Assembly: GCF_036365525.1 (NCBI RefSeq)
Contig: NC_090377.1
Location: 104,932,907-104,996,906, forward strand
Reading direction: 5' to 3'
Source: Heterodontus francisci
Lineage: Eukaryota
Length of the DNA stretch: 64,000 nucleotides
Shown here: one piece after another, positions 1-12,809 of the stretch
How positions within the stretch are numbered: position 1 is the stretch's first letter
How the letters are laid out: the number at the start of each line of letters is the position of its first letter
Translations under genes and position numbers: made by a program
The notes under the pieces: generated by a model
The model's input: only the letters and a program-made list of their open reading frames with translations
Database searches by the model: none
Told to the model about the DNA's origin: nothing

Positions 1-519
1 ACCTACCGATTCAAGCATGGTAGTTAGCAGTGTATTTCTTCTTCCAACTAAAACAGCCCATGTCGGGGGTTCTTTTCTCACAACCAGGGTCCCATTGTTC
101 AAGTGATCGTCTTGATGTCTTGCTAATGGGAACAGGCAGTTCCCTTAAATTTCCCAGGTCCTGGTTCTTGCTGGGATGGGGCAGACACTTCATCGCCACC
201 TCACAAGCCTTGGAATATAGGATACAGTGTTGCAAAAAATTAGGTGGCCATCTTAAGCTGCTAGCAAAGTCACCTTTTAGCTGTTCCTTTTTAATTCCTT
301 TTAAAAAAGAAATAAATTCAGTTTTCCAGCCAGTGGATTAAAAAATTATCATTCAACATAGCACGTTGGTGTGACACTCTAGAAATTTATATACATATAG
401 TATCGCTTGTTCTGCCAAGCCTATGCAAGGCCAGGCCTGGACCGGGGCAACATTACCTCATTAGCCATCTATGACAAGACATAGTAAATCAGTCAAGTAA
501 CTACAAAGAGGTAATATAA

Positions 520-610
520 ATAGAAAATGGTGGAAGTACTCAGCAGGTCAGGCAGCATCTGTGAGAGAAACAGAGTTAACATTTCAGGTCGATGACCCTT
601 CATTAGAACA
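520..610 (-). mobile_element. Penelope-like terminal repeat fragment with degenerate hammerhead motif
   Basis: Matches repeat family at 29822, 39986, 42685, 43857, 55016; minus strand reads GTTCTAATGAAGGGTCATCGACCTGAAATGTTAAC. Confidence 0.7.
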
Positions 611-1704
611 GGTCAATATCCTATTTAAACCCAACACTTCTTGTGCATAATAACTGATTACTGTTGCTTCGGAAACAACACTTAATAGGTCCAATACCTA
701 GAGATCAGTAAGGATTCAAACATCTCATGCTATGCCGAGATCTGCCAATAATATACCTCTTCTGGCTATTCAAGGCTGCATTAATGGCTCTCGTTCTTGG
801 ACACCCTGTCTTCCACACACCCTTTGGATACCCTCCAGTTTGGTAATCACTGTGCTACATGAAGTACTATGTAAATGTAAGTTTCTACAAATAAAACAAA
901 GACATCTTCTGACTCCACGTTTCATAGGATGATAGCAAACGATGACTAATTTTTAAAAAAACTAAAAATAATAAGATGGAGAAAATAGATTGAGTAAAGT
1001 AGCAAGTAATATAAAAACAGACAGCAGGAACTTCTACCAGTATATAAAAAGGAAGAGAGCAGCTAAAGTAAACATTAGTTCCTTAGAAAGTGAGACTGGG
1101 GAATTCATAATGGGAAACATGGAAATGGCAGAGACTTTGAACAAATATTTTGTTTCAATCTTCACATTAGAAGACACTAAAAGTACCCAATAATACAAAA
1201 TCAGGGAGAAAAAGGGAGGGAGGAAATTAAAACAATCATTATCACCAAAGAAAATGTATTGGACAAACTAATGGGATTAAAGGCTGACAGGTCCCTGGGA
1301 CCTGATGGCCTACATCCTATCGTCTTAAAAGAAATGGCTGCAAAGATAGTGGATGCATTGGTTGTAATCTTCCAAAATTCCCTAGATTCTGGAAAGATCC
1401 CCGCGGATTGGAAAACTGAAAATGTTGCACCCTATTAAAGAAAGGAGGGAGACTGAAAGCAGGAAACTATAGGGCAATTAGCCTAACATCTGGTCATTGG
1501 GAAAATGCTGGAATCCATTAATAAGGAAGTAGTGGCAGGACATTTTAAAAATCATAATACAACCAAACAGAGCCAATATGGTTTTATGAAAGGGAAATTG
1601 TGTTTGACAAATCCATTAGAGTTCTTTGAGGATGTAACGAGCAGGGTGGATATAAGGGAACCTGTAGATTTGTGTATTTGGATTTCCAAAATGGTGTTGA
1701 GGAT

Positions 1705-2027
1705 ACTGGTGGGGAGTCCAGAACCAGGGGTCATAGTCTAAGGATACGGGGCAAACCTTTCAGGACTGAGATGAGGAGAAATTTCTTCACCCAGAGAGTG
1801 GTGAGCCTGTGGAATTCGCTACCACAGAAAGCAGTTGAGGCCAAAACATTGTATGTTTTCAAAAAGGAGTTAGATATAGCTCTTGGGTCTAAAGGGATCA
1901 AAGGGTATGGGGCGAAAGCTGGAACAGGCAACTGAGTTGGATGATCAGCCATGATCAAAATGAATGGCGGAGCAGGCTCGAAGGACTGAATGGCCTACTC
2001 CTGCTCCTATTTTCTATGTTTCTATGC
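1705..2027 (+). mobile_element. CR1 3' end (5'-truncated copy)
   Basis: ESRTRGHSLRIRG...FFTQRVVSLWNSLP C-terminus and TTCTATG-type tail. Confidence 0.9.
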
Positions 2028-2043
2028 ATGTTCCTTGAACCTC

Positions 2044-2276
2044 TGTGTTACTATCGATTGTACACAAAGACCGATCACTCCAGATGGGATCAGTAAGGCA
2101 ATATTGTGAATTCTTTATTGAATACCGAGAGAGCAGCTACACATGTAGGTGTTGACTGTACAGGTATATCTTCAAGACTGCTTAACAGTCAGAATCACGT
2201 GGTGTGTTATTTCATAGCTCTTACATGACTAACATGATCTTGTAGCCACACCTCTTAAAGGTGTACACACACAACA
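2044..2276 (-). mobile_element. Short putative solo LTR (Gypsy-like)
   Basis: TGT...ACAACA termini, TTTATT (minus-strand AATAAA) near 2113, lies inside CR1 sequence; no TSD seen. Confidence 0.5.
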
Positions 2277-2789
2277 GGTAATATATCAACATGGATAGAG
2301 GATTGGCTAACTAACAGGAAACAGAGTTGGGATAAATGAGTCATTTTCAGGTTGGCAAACTGTAGGTAGTGGGGCAGAACTGGGATCAGATCAATTTATA
2401 TTAATGACTTGGATGAAGGGACCGAGTGTATTGTAGCCAAATTTGCTGACGATATAAAGATAGTGGGGAAAGCAATTTGTGAGGAAGACACAGAGACTGC
2501 AAAGGGATATAGATAAAGTGAGTGGGCAAAAATTTGGCAGATGGCGTGAAATGTGAGGTTATCCACATTGGTAGGAAGAATAGAAAAGCAAAATGTTATT
2601 TAAATGGAGAAAGACTGCACAGAATGCTGTAGTACAGAGGGATCTGGGTGTCCTCATACATGAAGCACAAAAAGTTAGCATGCAGATACAGCAAGTGATT
2701 AGGGAGACAAATGGACTGTTCGCCTTTATTGCAAGGGGGATGGAGTATAAAAGTACAATAAAAGTAGAGTAATATTTAGATGCAAGGTC

Positions 2790-3925
2790 ACAATAACTTG
2801 CATTTGTATAGTGTCTTTAACATAGAAAATGCCACAAGGCACATCACGGAGATGTAAGGAAAACAGGTGCAGAGCCCAAAAAGAACTGAATGAGAAGTAA
2901 TCAAAAAAACTTGGTTAAAGTGCTAGATTTTGAGCTGATGAAGGTAGAGAAGCAGAGTGTTTTAGAAAGGAAATTCCTGAGTGGGTAAATGGCAGCTGCC
3001 AGAGGTGAATCAAATGGAGGTGGGATGCACAAGAAGCCAGAGTCAAAGGAACAGAGAGTATGGGGAAAGAATTCTGGTCTGGTGAGCTCATGGAGCAATT
3101 TAAACATTGAGATAAGAATTTTATATTTGGGGTGCTGGCGGACCAGGAGCCAATATAGGTCAGCGATGATGTGTGATGAGCGAACGTGACTGAGTGAAAG
3201 ATAGGTTAAGGACACAGTGAAGTCTTAAATGAGCTAAAGCTTATGGAGGGTGGGTTTGGGGAGTGGTTGGGAGATGGAAGATCAGCCAGGGAGAATAAGA
3301 ATAATCAATTCTGTAATCAGTGAAGCAGGAATGAGAGTTATAGTGGAGTTGGTGATGTTTTGGAGGTAGAAATAGGCAATGTTTGTGATGGAGAATATAT
3401 GAGGCTGGAAGCTCAGTTCATTGTCAAATAATGCACCAAGGTTGCAAACAGGCTGATTCAGCCTGAAAACAAAAGACAGTAAGGGGGATTGAGTTAGTGG
3501 CAAGGGTTTGGAGTCAATGATGATGTTTTTAGTCTAACCAGGGTTTAGCTGGAGGAAGTTATGGGTCATTCTAGATTGGATGTTAGGCAATCAGTACAGA
3601 GGCAGTGGAGAGAATGAGAGAAGTGATGGAGAGGGAGAACTGAGTGTCATTGATGGATATGTGTGGATTCTTCAAATTATGTCACTAAGGCACATCATAT
3701 AGATGAAGGGGCAATTGATGGATCCTTGGAGACCTGAGGAGTTTCAAAATAGGAAGGGAAATCATTAGTAGAAATCAATTGCATGTGATTAGATAGGTAA
3801 GAGTTGAAGTAAGTGACGGTAGTCCATCAGTACCGGAGAACAGAGAAGTGTTGGAGGAGGATTGTGAGATTGACCATGCCAAAGTCTGTAGAGAAGTCTA
3901 GGTGGCTAAGGAAGGATAATGCTTC
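2790..3925 (-). mobile_element. L2 LINE 3' remnant
   Basis: Minus-strand translations NLGALFDNELSFQPHI, LYWLLVRQHPKYKIL, LDFSTDFGMVNLTILLQ; L2-type tail near 2790. Confidence 0.8.
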
Positions 3926-4170
3926 ATAGAATCGTAGAATAGTACAGCACAGAAGACCATTCAGCCTATAGAGTCTGTTCCAACTCTTTCGAAGAGCAAT
4001 CCAGTTAGTCCCACTCCGCCACTTTTCTCTCACATCCCTGCAACTTTTTCTTCTTCAAGTATCTATCCAATTTCCTTTTAGAAGCTACTACTGAATCTGT
4101 TTATACCACTCTATCAGGCAGTACATTCCAAATCTGAAACACTCTTTGTGTAAAAAAGTTTTCGCTCGTA
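3926..4170 (-). mobile_element. CR1 3' end
   Basis: CATAGAATCGTAGAAT tail and CR1 3' UTR in reverse. Confidence 0.8.
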
Positions 4171-4819
4171 TCACCTGTGAGATACATGCTAGTGGAACAG
4201 CCAAACTGAGTGCACAATAGGCACCATGAAAAATACAAAGGGAGGTGCAAAGATGCCAACAAGCACAAATATTAGGGAAAAGCAAGCAAGGTCTGTACTG
4301 CAAGTTAACATCAGCTGCAAAATGCTATTGTAATTTCACAGTCACAGAAAGTTTCAGGTTATTTTGGTTCTGTGTGAGGGGTGGAAACCCAATAGAAGTG
4401 ATTTAAATAGTAAGTTGTCAATTAGGTGGGCATGGATCTGGGAGATAATACAATCAAGCACCCTAATAAGGCAAGAAAAGCTCCAGATGCGATGATAGTG
4501 ATAGTGAGCTTTTTAAGATGGAGAAGTGAAGAGGTTGATTTATGACCTAATTTTATTTCAGTAATATACCAGATTATGGCATTTGAGTATCTATGGCTTT
4601 ATCTATATGATATCCATTTTTCTAATTTGAAATGAATGTTAACTGTGTCATCTGTAATGAGTCATTCAGCCTTTGGTCTTTTGGATGGTAATCATTATAG
4701 TAAAAGAGGTTTTACTCCAGGAAAGATTGACTGCATTAAGTACGAACTGTCAATATCAGGAACATTTTAAGAGTTGAGTTTATAGTCCATAGTATAGATA
4801 TGATATATCAAAACACCGA

Positions 4820-5520
4820 GCAGGAATTTGAAAAGAAGGCTAGGGAGTTGACCAAAATGTTGGTTTTGAGGAAGTGGGAGGGATATGGTAAGGCAGTGTG
4901 CATTGGGAAATCAGTTCCAGAGTTCAGGGGTGAGCTGAACAAAGCTTCTGCTAGGAGAAGCAGAGTAGATGGGAAAGGAAAGGTGGCCAGAGCCCAAAAG
5001 TGAAGGGCACTCCTTGGGCCATAATGGAAAAGGTTGCAAGGGTACAGTGAGGCAAGAGCACAGAGGGATTTATAGACAAAGACAAGGAGACAATGGGAGG
5101 TGAACAATGTCAGGGGTGATAAATGAACTGGACGCAGTGAAACACAAGTTGTGGATGGTGGAATCCTGGATGAGTTGAAGTTTGTATTCGATGAAACATG
5201 GGACATATAAAATAAGTTAAACCTTGAGATGTCAAATGTGTTTTGAGGGTGTGGTGCAGCTGGTGTAGGAGCTAAGGCGGGCAATATTTCAGAACTGGAT
5301 GTAAATATTTGGCAAAGGATTGGAATGTGAAGTTTGAATCTGAACGTTGTGTCAACAGGACACCACTGCAAAGGGCAGGGAAAGGGGATGGAATAGGAGG
5401 CTAGGATGCAAAGTTTCTGACTCGGGTTTTTGTCTTGCTGACATAGAGCTGGAGAAAGTTTCAGTTCATTAACCTGATGTGAACAGGCAGTCAGACAGCA
5501 CAGCAAAAGCAGAGGGCCAC
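4820..5520 (-). mobile_element. Highly decayed L2-like LINE remnant
   Basis: Purine-rich plus strand resembling the L2 copy at 2790-3925; no clean motifs. Confidence 0.4.
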
Positions 5521-6900
5521 TCCTGAATCCCACTCAGACCCCCTTAGCCGATCTTCAACAGACCTCTTTGCCAGCAAGCTGTTGCGCCTTGGCGTTTACA
5601 TTATAATGGAGCTCAATACTGGGGGCACTTCAGGCCTCACCATTCAGGCACAGTGAATAAACTCTGTGCTGATGTTCATATGTTGTGATCCTGATCCGTT
5701 AGTTTACTCAAGGGCAGTAGGTCAATTGTTTTAATTTTAGCTGAGGAAGGAAAAATCCCAGAGGTAACAAGTTTCATAGGATCAGTTTTTTTTTATATCC
5801 CATCTATGCACCCCTTATTTGTTAATCAACAAGATTTGTGTAAGCTGTCTTTGGACATCGACCTCCCTGTTTAAAAAAATAATCTCTGACGACATATTGG
5901 AATTTCCCAAATGGGAGTGATTTTCTTGCAGTCAGCACAATTTCAATTATTTTCACTCAGTGATAGTCCCAGATGCTAAGAATCTTGATAACCAAGGTAA
6001 GCGACATAAAATGTGCTTTAGCCTAGTTAAACTTGTTTTGCAGTATTTTAACACGTTAATTTAAGGTGTTTGCAAGATAGTAAAAAAAGTCGGAAAAGTG
6101 TTCCGAGGAGTGATGTAATTTTTTGAACCAATACTTAAATTAATTGTGTAAAAATACAGGAATCAAGGCTTTTATGGAGAAAAGGGAAGCACAATGCAGC
6201 ATTTGTTTGTTTCACAGATGGTGTCAAGATGATGATTAAGTCACTGTTGAAACAATAATTATTGACATTGTGGCGCTGTTATAACATTCAAATCCACAGT
6301 AAGTGTGGTAATTTCAAATGTAAGATGTTCTTTGCATGCTCTTCCAATTCCTGCAGCTGGAGCAAACTGCTCATTTAAGTTTGAAATAGAGCTTATTTGA
6401 TCTATTAGAAAAGATCAATTAAGTAGGGATATGAGGACGTGGCTTGGGGGCAATCTAATACCAGTAATCTCCAATTCATGCATAAAAGTTCTTCCTTCAC
6501 TAGTGAGTGCATTAATGCTTGGCCTCATTTTGTGCCAAAACTGCCACTGATTTGACTAAAATATGCCTGCTCATCCCTTTCACAATTTGTACCTTTTTTT
6601 ATTGGACTATCCCAAAGGACAAAAACCATAATTATCAAAATTTTAGCTGTTTTCACACAGTGGTGATTGTAATCCTGAATAATTTTAATAAACATGACAG
6701 GTAACAGAAAATTTGCTTTTTGGCCTAATTAAACTTTTTTTTACCCTTATCCGTATATTACTTTAAGAAAGATCGTTACATTTCCTGATCACTGATATTA
6801 CATAATACTATATATTTTTTAAAATTTCAGTTTTGACATACCTTTTGTACTGATGAACATAACATTTAGCTATCCTTGTTCTCACACCGCGGGGAGGCAG

Positions 6901-6975
6901 TGGCGTAGTGGTATCATCACTGGACTAGTAACCCAGTGACCCAGGGTATTTCTCTGGAGACATGGGTTCGAATCC
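6901..6975 (+). promoter_or_regulatory. Internal type-2 RNA polymerase III promoter (tRNA-derived, possibly tRNA-Thr AGT)
   Basis: A box TGGCGTAGTGG 6901-6911; B box GGTTCGAATCC 6965-6975; hairpin TCACTGG/CCAGTGA with CTAGTAA anticodon-like loop. Confidence 0.8.
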
Positions 6976-7199
6976 CACCACAGCAGAAGGTGGAATTTGA
7001 ATTTAATTAATAAAAACCTGGAATTAAAAGCTAGTCTAATGATGGCCATAAAACCATTGTCGATTGTTGTAAAAACCCATCTGGTTCACTAATGTCCTTT
7101 AGGGAAGGAAATCTGCTGTCCTTACCTGATCTGGCCTACATGTGACTCCAGACCCACAGCAATGTGGTTAACTCTTACATGCCCTCTGAAATGGCCTAG

Positions 7200-10089
7200 C
7201 AAGCCACTCAGTTGTACCTAACCGCTACGAAGTCAATAAAAAGGAATGAAACCAGATGGACCACCCGGCATCGACCTAGGCACCGGAAACGGCAACAGCA
7301 AACCCAGCCCTGTCGACCCTGCAAAGTCCTCCTCACTAACATCTGGGGGCTTGTGCCAAAGTTGGGAGAGCTGTCCCACAGACTAGTCAAGCAACAGCCT
7401 GACATAGCCATACTCACGGAATCATACCTTGCAGACAATGTCCCAGACACTGCACTCACTATCCCTGGGTATGTCCTGTCCCACCGGCAGGACAGACCCA
7501 GCAGAGGTGGCGGCATAGTGGTCTACAGTAGGAAGGGAGTTGCCCTGGGAGTCCTCAACATCGACTCTGGACCCCATGAAGTCTCATGGCATCAGGTCAA
7601 ACATGGGCAAGGTAACCTCGTACTGATTACCACCTACCACCCTCCCTCAGCTGATGAGTCAGTACTCCTCCATGTTGAACATCACTTGGAGGAAGCACTG
7701 AGGGTGGCAAGGGCACAAAGTGTACTCTGGGTGGGGGACTTTAATGTCCATCACCAAGAGTGGCTCGGTAGCACTACTACTGACTGAGCTGGCCGAGTAC
7801 TAAAGGACATAGCTGCTAGACTGGGTCTGCAGCAGGTGGTGGGGGAACCAACACGAGGGAAAAACATACTTGACCTTGTCCTCACCAATCTGCCTGCCGT
7901 AGATGCTTCTGTCAATGACTGTATTGGTAGGAGTGACCACCGTACAGTCCTTGTGGAGCCGAAGTCCCGCCTTCACATTGAGGATAGCGTCCGTCGTGTT
8001 TTGTGGCACTATCACTGTGCTAAATGGGATAGATTTCAAACAGATCTAGCAATGCAAAAATGGGCATCCATGAGGCGCTGTGGGCCATCAGCAGCAGCAG
8101 AATTGTACTCGACCACAATCTGTGACCTCATGGCCTGGCATATCCCCCTTCTACCATTACCATCAAGCCAGGAGACCAACCCTGGTTCAATGAAGAGTGC
8201 AGGAGGGCATGCCAGGAGCAGCAACAGGTATACCTCAAAATGAGGTGTCAACCTGGTGAAGCTACAACAGAGGACTACTTGCATGCCAAACTGCATAAGC
8301 AGCATGCAGTAGACAGAGCTATGCAATCCCATAACCAACGGATCAGATCTAAGCTCTGCAGTCCTGCCACATCCAGTCGTGAATGATGGTGGACAATTAA
8401 ACAACTAACTGGAGGACGTGGCTCCACAAATATCCCCATCCTCAATGATGGGGAAGCCCAGCACATCAGTGCGAAAGATAAGGCAGAAGCATTTGCAACA
8501 ATCTTCAGCCAGAAGTGCCGGGTTGACGATCCATCTCAGCCCCCTCCTGAAGTCCCCAACATCACAGATGCCAGACTTCAGCCAATTCGATTCACTCCGC
8601 GTGATATCAAGAAACGACTGAAGGCACTGGATACTGCAAAGGCTATGGGTCCTGACAATGTTCCGGCAATAGTACTGAAGACATGTGTTCCAGAACTTGC
8701 CGCACCCCCAGCCAAGCTGTTCCAGTATAGCTATGACATTGGCATCTACCCGGCAATGTGGAAAATTGCCCAGGTATGTCCTGTACACAAAAAGCAGGAC
8801 AAATCCAACCGGACCAATTACCGCCCCATCAGCCTACTCTCAATCATCAGTAAAGTGATGGAAGGTGTCATCAACAGTGCCATCAAGCAGCACTTAACCT
8901 GCAATAACCTGCTCAGTGATGCTCAGTTTGGGTTCCACCAGGGCCACTCAGCTCCTAACCTCATTACAGCCTTGGTTCAAACATGGACAAAAGAGCTGAA
9001 CTCAAGAGGCGAGGTGAGAGTTACTGCCCTTGACATCAAGGCAGCATTTGACCGAGTATGGCATCAAGGAGCCCTAGCAAAACTGGAGTCAATGGGAATC
9101 AGGGGGAAAACACTCTGCTGGTTGGAGTCATACCTAGTGCAAAGGAAGATGGCTGTGGTTGTTGGAGGTCAGTCATCTGAGCTCCAGAACATCACTGTAG
9201 GAGCTCCTCAGGATAGTGTCCTCGGCCCAACTATCTTCAGCTGCTTCATCAATGACCTTCCTGCAATCATAAGGTCAGAAGTGGGGATGTTCGCTGATGA
9301 TTGCACAATGTTCAGCACCATTCGTGACTCCTCAGATACTGAAGCAGTCCGGGTAAAAATGCAGCAAGGCCTGGACAATATCCAGGCTTGGGCTGATAAG
9401 TGGCAAGTAACATTTGTGCCACACAAGTGCCAGGCAATGACCATCTCCAACGAGAGAGAATCTAACCATCTCCCCTTGACATTCAATGGCATTACCATTG
9501 ACCAGAAACTGAACTGGAGTAGCCATATAAATACCATGGCAATAAGAGCAGGTCAGAGGCTAGGAATCCTGCAGCGAGTAACTCACCTCCTGACTCCCCA
9601 AAGCCTGTCCACCATCTACAAGGCACAAGTCTGGAGTGTGATGAAATACTCTCCACTTGCCTGGATGGGTGCAGCTCCAACAACACTCAAGAAGCTCGAC
9701 ACCCCATCCAGGGCAAATCGGCCCCCTTGATTGGCACACCATCCACTAACATTCACTCCCTCCACCACTGATGCACAGTGGCAGCAGTGTGTACCATCTA
9801 CAAGATGCACTGCAGCAATGAACCAAGGCTCCTTAGACAGCACCTTCCAAACCAGCGACCTCTACCACCTCGAAGGACAAGAGCAGCAGATGTATGGGAA
9901 CATCACCACCTGCAAGTTCCTGTCCAAGTCACACAGCATCCTGACTTGGAACTATATCGCCGTTCCTTCACTGTCGCTGGGTCAAAATCCTGGAACTCCC
10001 TTCCTAACAGCACTGTGGGTGTACCTACCTCACAAGGACTGCAGCGGTTCAAGAAGGCAGCTCACCACCACCTTCTCAAGGGCAATTAG
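7200..10089 (+). pseudogene. Disrupted endonuclease-reverse transcriptase ORF
   Basis: APE: TNIWGL, DIAILTESYL, RGGG, GDFNVHH, LDLVLT, SDH; RT: NYRPISLL, QFGF, LDIKAAFDRV, GAPQDSVLGP, FADD; stops at 7785 and about 8385, frameshifts near 8150 and 9705. Confidence 0.9.
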
Positions 10090-12395
10090 GGATGGGCAAT
10101 AAATGCTGGCCTAGCCAGAGACGCTCACATCCCATGAATGAATAAAAGAAAACTTAGGCAGAAACCAATTTCCTTCAAAGTTCCATAAATTTCACTGTCC
10201 CTAGAATATAGTTGCCTAAACAATGAATGTGAAGATGTTTAGTAGAATTACAGGCACCATGCTCCAATAAAAAAATACATCTAGATCCCCTTAGTAATCT
10301 GAAACCTTGGAAAATGTACGACCTACTTTACTGACTATGGGCAGAAATTGAAATGCTTCATTGACCACTGCCATTTTCAATCTTTAATCAAAACCCTAAT
10401 TTGTATCATGTAATCTTTTCTAAATAATGTGCCAAATGTGTAGCCAAATAGTTGTTCTTCCCTTTGCAATTCCTTCATAGCAAATAATAATTTCCTGATT
10501 ACCGAACACTATCTAAAGATATGATTATTTTTTGTCTCAAGCTATGTTTTTTTTGGTGAAAATATATGTTTAAAAAAACCTATTTCGAACTTTAAAAAAC
10601 AGTTAGGTGTTTGTTAGCCTGAATTGCTGAGCTTGAATTACTTGGTCTCCTGGCATGATATTGTAAAGGGTTGGGGCTTTGATCCAAGGGATGTGCTTCA
10701 CTGGTTGCAATTAAAATTCTCGTCAGGGAGGATGTGTTGCCAACTCCCAACATGCCCTGAAACATGCAGCAATATCCTTTATAATGGTCATGAATCTGAC
10801 CACCGCCTCTCTGCACCACCCCCTCCCCACCGTATCCACCCAGCCTTCTAAATATTTCTGTGGTTGCTGAGCTGTTAACAATACAGCAAGAAAAATTTTC
10901 ACTTACATTAGCTTCTGACCCAGCCGAGGGAATTGGGTTTATATTTTTTGTCTGTGAGAGGGCTGAATCAGGCTACAATAGAATCACCATGCCATTTGAG
11001 AATACGAATTAAGCTGTGTAGTGTATCAGCTGGTAAGATTGTTTGGAAATGGCTATTTCTGAATTAGGAAGACCGTTTAGAACATAAGTAATTTTTTAAA
11101 AAACTATCTCCAAGGACAATGAGTTGCATTTTTAGTCTAACTGACGGAAATGATTTATTTTTCAGAGTACAGCTGATTTTTCAAATTAGAAAACGTGAAA
11201 GATCTGTTTGAAAGGTATGCTCCTCAATTCCTTCTGTACCATGATAATGGAGAACAATTGTTAAATCATTCACTGCCTTTAAAAATAAGGTACTATATAT
11301 TTGGTTGTTCATTGTACAGCAGTTTGTATTTAATGGTGAATATGTCTGTGATTGCATTTTCAAATCTGGAAGACTATATCCTGTCGGAGAGAAGTGACTC
11401 TAATCCTCATTATATTATTTTGTCAGGTTCACACATACCGTGTCAGACATCAGTGAGAGACCAAACGCTGTGAGAAACAAAATGGAGTATTGCATAGTTA
11501 ACTGGATATTGTAGGCTGATTATAAAGTGGCTTGTTACATATTAATTTTAAACATCTTCGTAAACCATAATGTTACCACCATAATTCAGTCAAGATGTTG
11601 GATTGCAATATGAACATTTTCAATTTGTTTTATGTAATTTTTGCCTTTCTGAAGTACTAAAATATTAAGCTAACTTGTATCAGATTGCCTGCATTAGAAA
11701 GATCTTGTTTTTCCTAAATGCAAAACATTTAATTTCCCATTACTTTCCATAGATCAGTTGAAGCTTCTGATTCTCGGTAGAAACATTCCCCTATGTCATT
11801 TTTAGAAATGTCCAATGGTCTTTGCTTGTTTGTGCCAAATTAAGGATTGTGATTTTTTTTTCCCCCTCTCGGCCCACCTCCCCTAATAAGTTTGGTATGG
11901 CTTATCATCTCTTTCCCTCTACTCCAAAATCGAGATATTCTACTTTTCCAATCTAGTTGTGCCTCTGCCTTGCAGCATTATGCATATGTAGATGAGAACA
12001 GGATTGAGTTCAGTTATGATGATCCCATAATCAAAGAACCATAAAATGAACATATAGGTGAGGTAAAAGAATTGCTTGAAACTGTACCATTGAATGAATC
12101 AACATTTTTTGAGAAAGCTGTAGAAAAGTAGGGAGGGGAAAATGGAATTTTATACTAATGCATTTAGCTGCATGTCATAAACAATAGCCGAGAAATTATT
12201 GTTAGCATTGTCAATGGACAATCAGTTAACACATTCTAATACTTCCTTCTGTGTTCTATTTTAGTGCATGTATTAACCCATGTGTTAATCCAGTGAAGAC
12301 TTGCTTAAAATAGTGGGTGTGGGAATTTCATACAAACATGCTAAACGTTCATTTGCTAATATTGGCGACCGTAATCTTTAACCTTTACCAGAAAT

Positions 12396-12725
12396 GGGTG
12401 ACACAGTGGCGCAGTGGTTAGCACAGCAGCCTCACAGCTCCAGTTACCCGGGTTCAGTTCTGGGTACTGCCTGTGCGGAGTTTGCAACTTCTCCCTGTGA
12501 CCGCGTGGGTTTTCGCCAGGTGCTCTGGTTTCCTCCCACAGCCAAAGACTTGCAGGTTGATAGGTAAATTGCCCCTAGTATAGGTAGGTGGTGGGGATGT
12601 GGTAGGAATATGGGATTAATGTAGGATTGGTATAAATGGGTGGTTGATTGTCGGCACAGACTCGGTGGGCCGAAGGGCCTGTTTCAGTGTTGTATCTCTA
12701 AATAACAAAATATATAAATAAAAAA
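12396..12725 (+). mobile_element. HE1-type V-SINE
   Basis: tRNA head TGGCGCAGTGGTTAGC, V domain GCGTGGGTTT..TGCTCTGGTTTCCTCCCACA, CR1-like tail GGGCCGAAGGGCCTG. Confidence 0.9.
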
Positions 12726-12809
12726 TTTAAAGGGAAATGTTGTCATCATGTTCATGATGGTTTTACAGTGAATCTAATGCATAGAGAAGTGAATCCTAAT
12801 TTCACTCCT

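Larger units (their letters stand above)
905..2755 (+). mobile_element. CR1 (HER1-like) LINE ORF2 remnant, interrupted at about 1705-2276 by younger insertions
   Basis: Translations FYQYIKRKR, LNKYFVSIFT, QYGFMKGKLCLTN, YLDFQ; resumes near 2277 with WIEDWLTNRKQ and KFADD. Confidence 0.9.
6891..10152 (+). mobile_element. Apparently full-length single-ORF non-LTR retrotransposon (CR1/Jockey-group APE+RT) with tRNA-derived 5' head
   Basis: A/B boxes at 5' end, APE and RT motifs, 3' end GGGCAATTAGGGATGGGCAATAAATGCTGG...CCCATGAATGAATAAAAGAAAA shared with copies at 17570 and 63800. Confidence 0.9.

Noticed and set aside
11-341. Overlapping short ORFs at the window start
   Set aside because: No recognisable protein similarity or convincing splice structure.
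4808-5533. 241-aa minus-strand ORF with signal-peptide-like start
   Set aside because: Non-ATG start, S/P/L-rich composition matching a decayed L2-like repeat, no domain or splice support.
6901-6980. Possible tRNA gene
   Set aside because: No acceptor-stem pairing, has an insertion before the B box, no downstream terminator, and recurs as the head of repeats.
11166-11214. Exon-like segment with AG and GT borders
   Set aside because: Stops in all three frames and no other support; the same holds for 6218-6298 and the minus-strand segment near 33273-33405.
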